Under the pieces are notes generated by a model. That model worked only from the letters and a program-made list of their open reading frames with translations, did no database searches and was not told the origin of the DNA. Shown here in pieces: positions 1 through 8,904 of a DNA stretch of 20,000 bases. Every line of letters begins with the position of its first letter. The stretch's first letter is position 1. The stretch lies in IMG/VR virus record IMGVR_UViG_3300022858_000986; one strand, written 5' to 3'. A program made the position numbers and the translations under genes. This stretch comes from an uncultured virus (IMG/VR IMGVR_UViG_3300022858_000986). Taxonomy: Duplodnaviria; Heunggongvirae; Uroviricota; Caudoviricetes.

Positions 1-1
1 A

Positions 2-832
2 GATATAAATAATAAAGAAACAGAATGACCATTTGGTGATGAAAAATTAAATGACTACCCAATTTCATTATTTGTTGATTACATTCCAAGCCCAGAAGAA
101 CTTGCGACAAACCCGCACAATATATTAATGATTATGGAGCCAAATGAATATTTCGGATTACATACTTTTGCTGAAAATAATGCGTCATATTTTACATGTA
201 TTTTGACATGAGGCCAACATATTTTGGATAATTGTGAAAATGCAGTTTTTATGCCTCATGGACTGAGTTGATTAAAAATGCCATACATAGATAATTTCCA
301 AAATATTAAGAAAAAATATGAAGTATCTTTTTTGTGCGGTGCTTTAAAAAAAATAGAAGGTCATTTTATTAGACATAAATTATATAAACGTGGTGATGAA
401 ATAACAATGCCTAAAAAATGATTTTATACATTGCCTGATTACAAAGAAGTAAATGGCAAATATAGAAGGACAGAACTGAATGCAAAAAAAGTTTGTTGAG
501 ACGAGAGTATGTTCCATATTGCTATTGAGAATATAAAACGTGACAATTTTTATACAGAAAAAATCTTAGATGCCTTCCTAACAAAAACAATACCAATATA
601 TTACGGCTGTCCCAATATCGGTGAATTTTTCAATTCTGATGGCATAATAACATTTGATAATGAAACTCAAGCAATTGACATTTGCAACTCACTTACAGAG
701 GATGATTATTATAAAAGAGTGAATGCGATTAATGAAAACTATAAAATTGCAAAAAGTAAATTTTATTGAAGAGGTATGGTTCAAGATTGACTTTGAGATT
801 TTATAAAAATAAACGAAATAGGGAGTAAATAA
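2..832 (+). CDS. Glycosyltransferase family 10 (alpha-1,3/1,4-fucosyltransferase-like), 5'-truncated by the window edge; code 4
   Basis: Frame is open from 2 to TAA 830-832 if TGA at 26, 209, 269, 419, 497, 767, 788 and 794 is Trp. GT10 motif FHIAIENIKRDNFYTEKILDAFLTKTIPIYYG. The stop overlaps the fcl start (TAATG). Confidence 0.85.
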
Positions 833-1767
833 TGATAAGTTTTTATTACGATAGCATCCTTTGCACTGGCGGGTCTGGTTTAGTAGGACAATATTTACAA
901 CAAAGATTAAAGCCACAATTTTTACCAAACATACATTACATTTCAAGTAAAGATTATGATTTATGTAATATGGACGACGTTAAAAAAATGATGGATAAGT
1001 ACAAACCAAAAGTCGTAATTCATCTGGCGGCGAGGGTTGGTGGCATTGTTGAGAACATTAAATATCCAGTAGATTTTTACGAACAAAATATTTTAATGAA
1101 TACGAATGTATTGCAACAATGTCACGAGCATAACGTTGAAAAAGTTATTGGAATAATTAGCACATGTGCTTATCCAGATGTAGTAGAAAAATATCCAATG
1201 GTTGAAGATGACCTTTTTAACGGCAGACCACCTGAAACAAATTTTTCTTATGCGTTTGCGAAGCGAGCAATGGCGGCACAAATTGACGCTTATGTAAAAC
1301 AATATAATAAAAAATGGTGTTATCTAATACCGTGCAATTTATATGGCGAATTTGACAAATTCGATCCAGAAAGAAGTCATTTTGTTTCTGCATTACTTCA
1401 GAAAATTATGGATGCTGATGATAAGATACAACTATTTGGAACTGGGAAACCATTAAGGCAATTTATGTATGCTGATGATTTGGCGAAGTTAATTGTATTA
1501 ATGCTAAATGCAGATATAGTCCAAAACTTTAACGTAGCAACAGACGAAATATATAGTATTAAAGAAATAGCCGAGATTGCTTTGAACGCCTTAGACGAAG
1601 ATTTGAAAATTGAATTTGATGAAACAAAACCTAATGGGCAATATAGAAAAGACGTGAGTTGTAAAAAATTATTAAGCCATTTCCCACACTTTGGATTTAC
1701 GCCTTTAAGTGCCGGAATAGAAAAGGTGTACAACGCAATGATGATACAGAAAAATAACGGACAGTAG
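832..1767 (+). CDS. fcl: GDP-L-fucose synthase (GDP-4-keto-6-deoxymannose 3,5-epimerase/4-reductase)
   Basis: TGGSGLVG, HLAARVGGI, STCAYP (catalytic Cys), YAFAK (YxxxK), PCNLYG, SHF (catalytic His), GTGKPLRQF. RBS GGGAG at 821-825. Confidence 0.92.
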   Translation: MISFYYDSILCTGGSGLVGQYLQQRLKPQFLPNIHYISSKDYDLCNMDDVKKMMDKYKPKVVIHLAARVGGIVENIKYPVDFYEQNILMNTNVLQQCHEHNVEKVIGIISTCAYPDVVEKYPMVEDDLFNGRPPETNFSYAFAKRAMAAQIDAYVKQYNKKWCYLIPCNLYGEFDKFDPERSHFVSALLQKIMDADDKIQLFGTGKPLRQFMYADDLAKLIVLMLNADIVQNFNVATDEIYSIKEIAEIALNALDEDLKIEFDETKPNGQYRKDVSCKKLLSHFPHFGFTPLSAGIEKVYNAMMIQKNNGQ

Positions 1768-1768
1768 A
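1753..1768. repeat. Left arm of a 16-bp inverted repeat (partner 2113-2128)
   Basis: AATAACGGACAGTAGA versus the reverse complement of 2113-2128 (AATAACAGACAGTAGA): 15/16 identical. The mismatch would be a G-U pair in RNA. Confidence 0.75.
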
Positions 1769-1788
1769 AAGATAGAAAGATAGAAAAG
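1765..1788 (+). repeat. Short 8-bp tandem repeat (TAGAAAGA x~3)
   Basis: TAGAAAGA TAGAAAGA TAGAAAAG, starting at the fcl stop codon and running into the next RBS. Confidence 0.7.
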
Positions 1789-1798
1789 GAGATACAAA

Positions 1799-2101
1799 AT
1801 GTATTTGAAAATTAGGCAAAGAGAGAAAGACGACAATAATGGGAAAGTGGAGTCCTGATACATTATTGGAGACGTAAAGGAAGTATCATATAAATGAGTT
1901 AAATTTGAAAAGTTTCCTCATAAAATGTATGAAGGGTGTAGATTAATATTAACGGGAAGTGAAAATGATTTAAAGTATGTTAGACGATTACTTATTTTTC
2001 ATGATATAGGTAAGATGTCAGGAGACCATTGTGAAGAAATTTATTGCGATGATGATGTTTATCTTTGTAATGAAAATGGTAAAACAATAGAACATATATA
2101 G
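1799..2101 (+). CDS. Hypothetical protein, 100 aa (phage-type, C-terminal VYLCNENGKTIE motif); code 4
   Basis: AAGGAG RBS at 1786-1791, ATG 1799, TGA at 1856 and 1895 read through, TAG 2099-2101. Absent from the ORF track. Confidence 0.75.
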
Positions 2102-2112
2102 GAAATAGATTA

Positions 2113-2128
2113 TCTACTGTCTGTTATT
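2113..2128. repeat. Right arm of a 16-bp inverted repeat (partner 1753-1768)
   Basis: TCTACTGTCTGTTATT in the intergenic gap after the 100-aa ORF. Confidence 0.75.
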
Positions 2129-2149
2129 ATATAAAAGGAAAATATTAAA

Positions 2150-2341
2150 ATGAGCTGTAAATGCCAAGAATGTGGAAAGCAATACAAAGTAGATATTATT
2201 GTTCCTGATGAAATATGGGAAAAAATAAAACCAAAAAATAAACCAGAAGGTGTCGGACTACTTTGCGGTAAATGTATAATGTTGAAAATAGAAGAAATGA
2301 ATAAATATGATTATTGATATTTAACCAAAAAGGAGAATTAA
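2150..2341 (+). CDS. Small putative zinc-binding protein, 63 aa (CxxC...CxxC); code 4
   Basis: MSCKCQECGK...VPDEIWEKI...GLLCGKC. TGA 2315 read-through moves the stop to 2339-2341, 1 nt before the next ATG. AAGGA upstream. Confidence 0.75.
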
Positions 2342-2346
2342 AATGA
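2330..2346 (+). promoter_or_regulatory. Recurrent translation-initiation motif AAGGAGAATTAAAATGA
   Basis: Identical 17-mer at 2330-2346 and 2560-2576, and a near copy AAGGAGATTAAAATGA at 17111-17126. Each is a Shine-Dalgarno plus spacer plus ATG. Confidence 0.7.
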
Positions 2347-2561
2347 AAAATAAGTTTAAATTAAGTGCAGGCAGTATGGTAAAGATAAGCGGAATACCAT
2401 TTGCATTAACGAGCGATGTAATAGTAGAGACGGCAACACCTGGCGAAATGTATCGTTATCATAACGACGGCCGTTGCCTGTATAATGTTGGGTTTGCATC
2501 GCCTGATGAAGACGGTACGTTTATACAAGTTAAAAATATACAAGATATAGACGATAAATAA
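2343..2561 (+). CDS. Hypothetical protein, 72 aa
   Basis: Strong AAGGAG RBS, fills the gap between neighbours, TAA stop. No recognisable family. Confidence 0.7.
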   Translation: MKNKFKLSAGSMVKISGIPFALTSDVIVETATPGEMYRYHNDGRCLYNVGFASPDEDGTFIQVKNIQDIDDK

Positions 2562-2572
2562 GGAGAATTAAA

Positions 2573-3160
2573 ATGAGTGATGTAACGGCATTTAGGGGTG
2601 GTCACATCAATAAAGGTGGAACAAATGATGTTTCAAAAACCGATAAACAAAAAATTAAACCACCGGCACAAAAAGCAAAAGAAGCCAAAATTATTATTGG
2701 CGAAGATAGATGTTGCAAGGCATCACACGAAGAAATATGCGATGGAGCGTTAGAACATTATGAAGAACTATCTGCAAAATGCCATGATTGGTTAAGTACT
2801 ATTCCACAAGCAATTAAGTTTTATAAGAAATATGGTGGGCCAATAAGAGACGAGGAAAAATTGTCTGATGGCAATCCTATTAAGATGGTGGAGGTCACAA
2901 CAAAAGATGGCTTGAAATTTGATTTAGGTGAGGTCGCACAGAAATATCCGGAAATCATACGTGACGAAATCGATAGAGAGATAGTAATGGATATTAAAAA
3001 TTCAGTCCATTCAAATGATGAAAACCATATGACGTGGAATGGTCGTAATTATGATGATTGTAGAAAGTTTATTGGAAAATGTGGATATTTTTATGGCTAT
3101 GTTGGTAGGGGTTTTGAAAAAATTTTTGGTTGGTTAATACATCACAAATGCAAGGAGTAA
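2573..3160 (+). CDS. Hypothetical protein, 195 aa
   Basis: AAGGAG RBS, open frame, stop abuts the gmd RBS. No confident family. Confidence 0.75.
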   Translation: MSDVTAFRGGHINKGGTNDVSKTDKQKIKPPAQKAKEAKIIIGEDRCCKASHEEICDGALEHYEELSAKCHDWLSTIPQAIKFYKKYGGPIRDEEKLSDGNPIKMVEVTTKDGLKFDLGEVAQKYPEIIRDEIDREIVMDIKNSVHSNDENHMTWNGRNYDDCRKFIGKCGYFYGYVGRGFEKIFGWLIHHKCKE

Positions 3161-3163
3161 ATT

Positions 3164-5302
3164 ATGAAGAAGAAGGCACTTTTGACAGGAATATCAGGAC
3201 AAGATGGAAGTTTTTTGGCAGAATTCTTATTAGAAAAAGATTACGAAGTTTACGGAATTGTAAGACGTAGTTCTGTAGCGGAAAATCAAACGTCAAGGCT
3301 TATAAATATTTGAGATAAGATTAAAGATAATTTATTCTATGCAGACATTACAGATTTCGCATCTTTGCTTAGAGTTATAAACATTGTAAAGCCAGATGAA
3401 ATTTATAATTTGGCGGCCCAATCACATGTGAGAATATCATTTGATGAACCAATTTATACAACTGAAACAATTGTTCAAGGAACTCTTAATCTATTAGAAA
3501 TAATACGATTAGAACACCCGCACATAAAACTATATAATGCCTCTAGTTGTTTGCCAGCAGGAACTACAATTATAGTCAAAAAAGAAATTCAAAGAACAAG
3601 AGACAACAAAAAACAAAGCTTTTTGCAAGGCGGAAGTGTAAATAAAATAGAAAACATAATTGTTGGAGATGAAATATTATCTTTTAATGAAAAAACTTCG
3701 AAAAAAGAATATAAAAAAGTTAAAGCAATTGGCAATAGAATTGCGAATAATATGTTTACTTTAAAGTTGTCTAATAGAAATGAATTGCGGCTTTCTGGGA
3801 ATCATCCAGTTTTTGTTGTAGATAAAGGATGAGTTAGAACAGATAGTTTAAAAATAGAAGACAAGGTACTTCAGTATATATATCCCGGACTTAGAGGCAG
3901 GATTACAAAGGGGCTAACTAATATTGAATTATATGGGGAAAAAAGAGCCAAGGAAATACATAAAAAAAATTCTGAATCACAAAAAAATAGAACCTTTGTC
4001 CACCCATGAAAAGGGAAAACATTAAATGAAGTATATAAAAATAATAAGAAAAAATTAAAACAAATACGTCACATTTTTAGCGTAAGTAAAATAGGAATCG
4101 CCCCCTGAAATAGTGATATTAAAAATAGCAAAAATAAAAAACATATTATGGCTTGAGAAAAAGCTAAAAAAAATATTGGCAAGAGCAATAAAAAATTATG
4201 AGAAAATAAAGAATGGGCAGAAAAACAATTTAATAAGCTTATGATTAGAACGAGAAAGAACACTTGGTTGCCTAATAAAAGTGAGATTAAATTTCAAGAA
4301 TTTTTAGAAGAAATATGTCCAGGCGAATTTAAATATAATAGTTTTGAAAATGAAGACTTTTTGACTATAGAGAGAAAAATACCTGATTTCATTAATATTA
4401 ATAATAAGAAAAAACTTATTGAATATAATGGAGATTATTGGCACAATTTAGATGGCAGAAGAGAAAATGATAAAAAAAGAATACAATTATTTAAAAGTAT
4501 AGGATATGATGTATTAGAAATATTTGAGTCTGAATTTAAAAAAGATAAAAATAAAGTTGAAAATAAAGTAAAAACATTTTTATATAATCCACAAGTAGAA
4601 ATAATAGAAATAATTGAAATTTTAAAACACGATTATTCGGAAAAAGTCTACGATATTCAAGTTGAAGATAATCATAATTTTTTCGCTTATGGAGTATTAG
4701 TTCATAATAGTGAAATGTTTGGCAACAATATTGATGCTGATGGATTCCAAAGAGAAACAACGCCAATGAACCCAGTAAGTCCTTACGGGTGCGCCAAAAC
4801 TTATTCGTACAATATAGTTAGGAATTATAGACATTCTTATGGTTTATTTTTAAGTAACGGAATATTATTCAACCATGAATCGACAAGGCGTGGCTTAAAT
4901 TTTGTTACAAATAAAGTAGTTAAAGCGGCAGTAGAAATTATATTAAATAAACGTGATACTTTGCCGTTAGGCAATTTAGATGCGGCAAGAGATTGGGGCC
5001 ATGCCAAAGATTATGTCAAAGCAATGTGAATGATGTTGCAACACGACAAGCCAGATGATTTTGTTTGTGCAACGGGAACTTCTCATACAGTTAGAGAATT
5101 AGTTGAATATGTATTTAAGAGTCTTGGCACAGATTATAAAAAATATGTTACAATAGATGAAAGATATTACAGACCAGAAGAACTTAACGTATTGAAAGGT
5201 GATTCAACAAAAATACAGAGAGAGCTTGGTTGGAAACGAGATTATAATTTTACAACAATGCTAGATGAAATGGTGAGATATTGGCTAGAAAAATTAGGAT
5301 AG
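3164..5302 (+). CDS. gmd: GDP-mannose 4,6-dehydratase precursor containing an intein (712-aa precursor, about 325 aa spliced); code 4
   Basis: [73 protein letters not shown](W)MMLQ. Single frame once TGA at 3311, 3830, 4007, 4106, 4154, 4199 and 5027 is read as Trp. AAGGAG RBS. Confidence 0.95.
3548..4708 (+). mobile_element. Intein (387 aa) with a central Vsr/DUF559-like endonuclease
   Basis: Block A CLPAGT; block [16 protein letters not shown](W)[12 protein letters not shown]; blocks [24 protein letters not shown] followed by the +1 Ser. Central PNKSE...IPDF...[10 protein letters not shown]...[18 protein letters not shown]. Confidence 0.93.
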
Positions 5303-5311
5303 GAGAATAGG

Positions 5312-6688
5312 ATGGGTTTTAATAATGAAAAAGAACAACAAAAAATATTAAAGATGATACAAAAATATTTTGATAAAAAAGAAAAAACAAAGACATGAGA
5401 GGCAGGCAAAGATTGAGTACATTATGCTGGGCCTAAATTTGATGCTGGTGAATATAAAGCGGCGATACAAGTATTACTTGATGAATGGTTAATTTTAGGC
5501 AAAAAAGGAAGAGAGTTCGAAGCGAATTTTGCAGAGAAACTTGGCTGTAAATACGGAATTATGACAAATAGTGGTTCAAGTGCTAATTTACTTATGATGG
5601 CATCCTTAGCATTAGGCAAAAATAGACTGCCCAAAGGTTCAAAAATAATTACGCCAGTATCAGGGTTTTCAACAACAGTGGCGCCAATAATACAAATGGG
5701 CTTTAGACCAGTTTTTGTTGATGTTGAACTTAAGACAATGAATATTGACTTAGACAAATTAGAAGATTTTCTAATCCAAGAACGCAAAACGGCACCTCAG
5801 CACGAATGGAGCAAAGCATTAGTATTCGCACATGTATTGGGAAATCCACCTGATATGAGTAGGGTTATGAAGATTGTTAAGGATTATGATTTAATGTTAC
5901 TTGAAGATTGTTGTGACGCACTTGGTTCAATTTATAAAAATAAGAAATTAGGTTCGCTTGGCAAAATGGCAACATGTTCATTTTTCCCTGCTCATCATAT
6001 GACTTGTGGCGAGGGCGGTTTCGTTGCAACAAATGATAAAAAATTATATGACAAATTAAGAAGCCTAAGAGATTGAGGTCGAGGTTGTAGTTGTGTCGGC
6101 AAAGAAGAAAATGTTTCAAGTAATGGTGCGTGCGGCAAAAGATTTAGTAATTGATTGCCAAATATGCCAGATCTTGTATTTGATCACAAATATATATTTA
6201 GTAATATTGGGTTCAACTTACGCCCAACAGAAATGCAAGCCGCAATGGCGAATGAGCAAATGAAAAAATTAAGTAGTTTTCATGCTGATAGGAGATTAAG
6301 GTATTCGGTACTTAAACAAAAGTTTGAAAAATATTCTGACAAGTTCCATGTTGTTACAGCAACGAAACATGCGTGAGTATCTTGGTTTGCCTTTCCAGTA
6401 ATTATTAAAGATGATGCTGGATTTAGTAGAGAAGATTTGATTAATTTCTTTGAAAAAAAGAAGATACAAACGAGACCTTATTTCGCAGGTAATATTTTAC
6501 ACCAACCAGGATATACATTTTTGACTAAGCAAGAAAAAAATAAGGTTGAGAACTTTCCGAATGCAAACAAAATATTAAGGGATGCATTCTTTCTTGGCGT
6601 AAGCCCTGTAATAAGTTTTGAACAGATTGAATACATTGGCAAAATACTTGATAACTTTATGGAAAAAAGACAGTGAAGCGGTAAATAA
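5312..6688 (+). CDS. rfbH: NDP-4-keto-6-deoxyhexose 3-dehydratase, E1/RfbH/DdhC type (PMP- and Fe-S-dependent, DegT/DnrJ fold), 458 aa; code 4
   Basis: NSGSSANLL, AHVLGNP, EDCCDALGS, SFFPAHHMTCGEGG (His in place of the PLP Lys), RD(W)GRGCSC...CGKRF, FDHKY, SWFAFP, IQTRPYFAGNI. TGA at 5396, 5414, 6074, 6152, 6374 and 6674. AGGAG RBS. Confidence 0.88.
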
Positions 6689-6701
6689 TAGGAGAAATAA
6701 A

Positions 6702-7052
6702 ATGAATACACAAATTATATTGATGGAAGTAATTTCTAAGACAAATAAATTACTTAATACTATCAAAACAAATGGTTTAATAATTGAAGGTACAACAAAG
6801 ATACCAATATTAAGTGAAACTTCAATAAGCCAAAAGACAAACAAGCCAGGCATATATTATGCATCAGTGAAATTGCCCGATACACTAAAAAGTGATAGCA
6901 GTATTGTTTTTGATATTAAAATAATGGAAGAAATTGATGGCAAGCTTGAAGATACATTTTTAAAATTTAAATATAGTCCATACGCAGAAAGGCCATATGT
7001 TGATTACATGGAAAGATTGTATTTAGATAGTACAGGCAAAAATAAAAAGTAA
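6702..7052 (+). CDS. Hypothetical protein, 116 aa
   Basis: AGGAG at 6690-6694 precedes ATG 6702. The track's start at 6618 overlaps rfbH and is unlikely. Confidence 0.7.
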   Translation: MNTQIILMEVISKTNKLLNTIKTNGLIIEGTTKIPILSETSISQKTNKPGIYYASVKLPDTLKSDSSIVFDIKIMEEIDGKLEDTFLKFKYSPYAERPYVDYMERLYLDSTGKNKK

Positions 7053-7118
7053 TTAATGAGCGCAATGAATGAAAAGTAAGTGCAATAACACACAACAAAA
7101 GAAAAATAGGTGCAAATA

Positions 7119-8039
7119 ATGAGATTTTTTATACACGCACATATTATGCCATGAGAGATAGATGAACTTCTTGTACTGGTAAGAAAACTAAAAAAATCAT
7201 ATTATTATTTAGATAAAGACGATGAATGTACATTCTATGTTTGTTTAAATTTATCAAGTGCAATAGTTGACTGAGATAAATCAAAATTAGAAAAGAAATT
7301 CTTTATTGATAAGTTTAATTCTATTTTACAAATATTAAATAATAGTTATAGTATAGAATGTGAGATATACGAAGGAGACGACCCAATTGGGCATTTGGAT
7401 ACAGAGAAAAAACTTTATAAACGACATGAAGAGTACGATGGAGTTCTTGTTCTATGTCCAGATGTTCATTTTCATAATACATTGTTGTATAGTATGTTTT
7501 CTGCATTTAAGATTATAGAAAATAAATTTTCAATAGTAACTCCACAAACACATAAATTGTGAGACGTAACTTGAGACGAAATGACAAATAAATATTGTAA
7601 GCAATTCAGCCACAAAGATTACCGTAAGATTGACGTATATGACGTTGAATTAGTCACTGAGAATAATTTAGATAATATATCAATTTTGCCAGTTACTAAC
7701 AATAAATGGGCGGGATGATTTGACCTTAGGTCGTCTGAGATATGTAGATTATTTCCACCACCCGAAAGCTGAACGGGGTTTGGGCCATATGATACTTATT
7801 TAATGTGGTTATTACATCACAACAAAAGAGAAGTCTCATCATTTGACTTTCAACAATATGTTATTGAGAATCAAGTAATTGGCAAATATTCAAATCATAA
7901 TTTCAAACAATTTTATAAAGAATACCTTGCCTTTAAAGATGTAAAGCTAACACAAAGAAAAAAATATGAAAGTGAAATTAATTGGTTAGTAAAAATGAAG
8001 TTAAAAGAATTACAAGAAGGAGACAAAACAAGTGAATAA
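7119..8039 (+). CDS. Putative GT-A-fold glycosyltransferase-like protein, 306 aa; code 4
   Basis: Frame is open with TGA at 7152, 7272, 7560, 7572, 7716 and 7770. YDGVLVLCPDVHF resembles a DxD region and (W)TGFGPYDT resembles a GWG.ED acceptor loop. The function is inferred from these weak motifs and from context. Confidence 0.7.
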
Positions 8040-8904
8040 CAGGATGTCTGTATTCGGTGGTACTGGATTTATTGGGTCAAGATTTTGTGAAATGTTTGAA
8101 GACAAAGTAATAAAAATTGACAGAGACGATTACACACCACAAACAAATAATATATTATATTTAATTAGTACTATTAATAATTATAATGTCCATACGGATT
8201 TACACGTTGATGTTGACACAAATTTAACTGTATTGATGAGTGTATTAGAGCAAGTGAAGAAAAGAAAACATACTGGAGAAGATGTTACTTTTAATTTTGT
8301 TAGTTCTTGGTTTGTTTATGGTCAGAATCATGAAATTCCATTTAGGGAAGATACGTCAAGATGTACGCCTGCTGGATTTTATTCTATTACAAAACATTGT
8401 GCCGAACAATTGTTAATATCATTTTGTCAGACGTTTGATATTAAATATAGAATATTTAGATTAGCAAATGTTATTGGGGAGAGCGATAATAAGATTTCAA
8501 AAAAGAAAAATGCTTTGCAATTTTTAATTAAAGAAATTGTTCACGGCAAAGATGTTCCACTTTATTATGGTGGTGAGGTTTTGAGAGACTATATATATGT
8601 TGATGATGTATGTAATGCAATTGAATTATGTACAGAAAAAGCGAAACCGAATGACATTATAAATATTGGCAGTGGAAAGCCATATAGGTTTATTGAATTA
8701 ATAGAAACTGCAATTAAATATTCTAATTCAAAAGGTAAGATAATTAATATACAGCCAACTAAGTTCCATGATATTGTACAAGTTAGACATTCTTATTTGG
8801 AAACACGTAAATTAAAATCTTATGGATTCGAACAAAAATTTAATATTGATGAAGTTATTAAAAAATTAGTTTCCTTTTATCAAAAGGAACAATGGGAGTT
8901 ATAA
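8032..8904 (+). CDS. NAD(P)-dependent epimerase/dehydratase/4-reductase (extended SDR)
   Basis: GTG start after AGGAG; VFGGTGFIG, VSSWFVYG, YSITK, RLANVIG, RDYIYVDD, NIGSG. Confidence 0.88.
   Translation: MNNRMSVFGGTGFIGSRFCEMFEDKVIKIDRDDYTPQTNNILYLISTINNYNVHTDLHVDVDTNLTVLMSVLEQVKKRKHTGEDVTFNFVSSWFVYGQNHEIPFREDTSRCTPAGFYSITKHCAEQLLISFCQTFDIKYRIFRLANVIGESDNKISKKKNALQFLIKEIVHGKDVPLYYGGEVLRDYIYVDDVCNAIELCTEKAKPNDIINIGSGKPYRFIELIETAIKYSNSKGKIINIQPTKFHDIVQVRHSYLETRKLKSYGFEQKFNIDEVIKKLVSFYQKEQWEL

Noticed and set aside
3365..5029. Split intein or free-standing endonuclease between two gmd halves
   Set aside because: All fragments are in one frame separated only by TGA, so under code 4 this is a contiguous cis-splicing intein.
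7053..7118. Short GTGCAA-like repeats in the intergenic gap
   Set aside because: Too short and irregularly spaced to support an operator or a CRISPR-like array.
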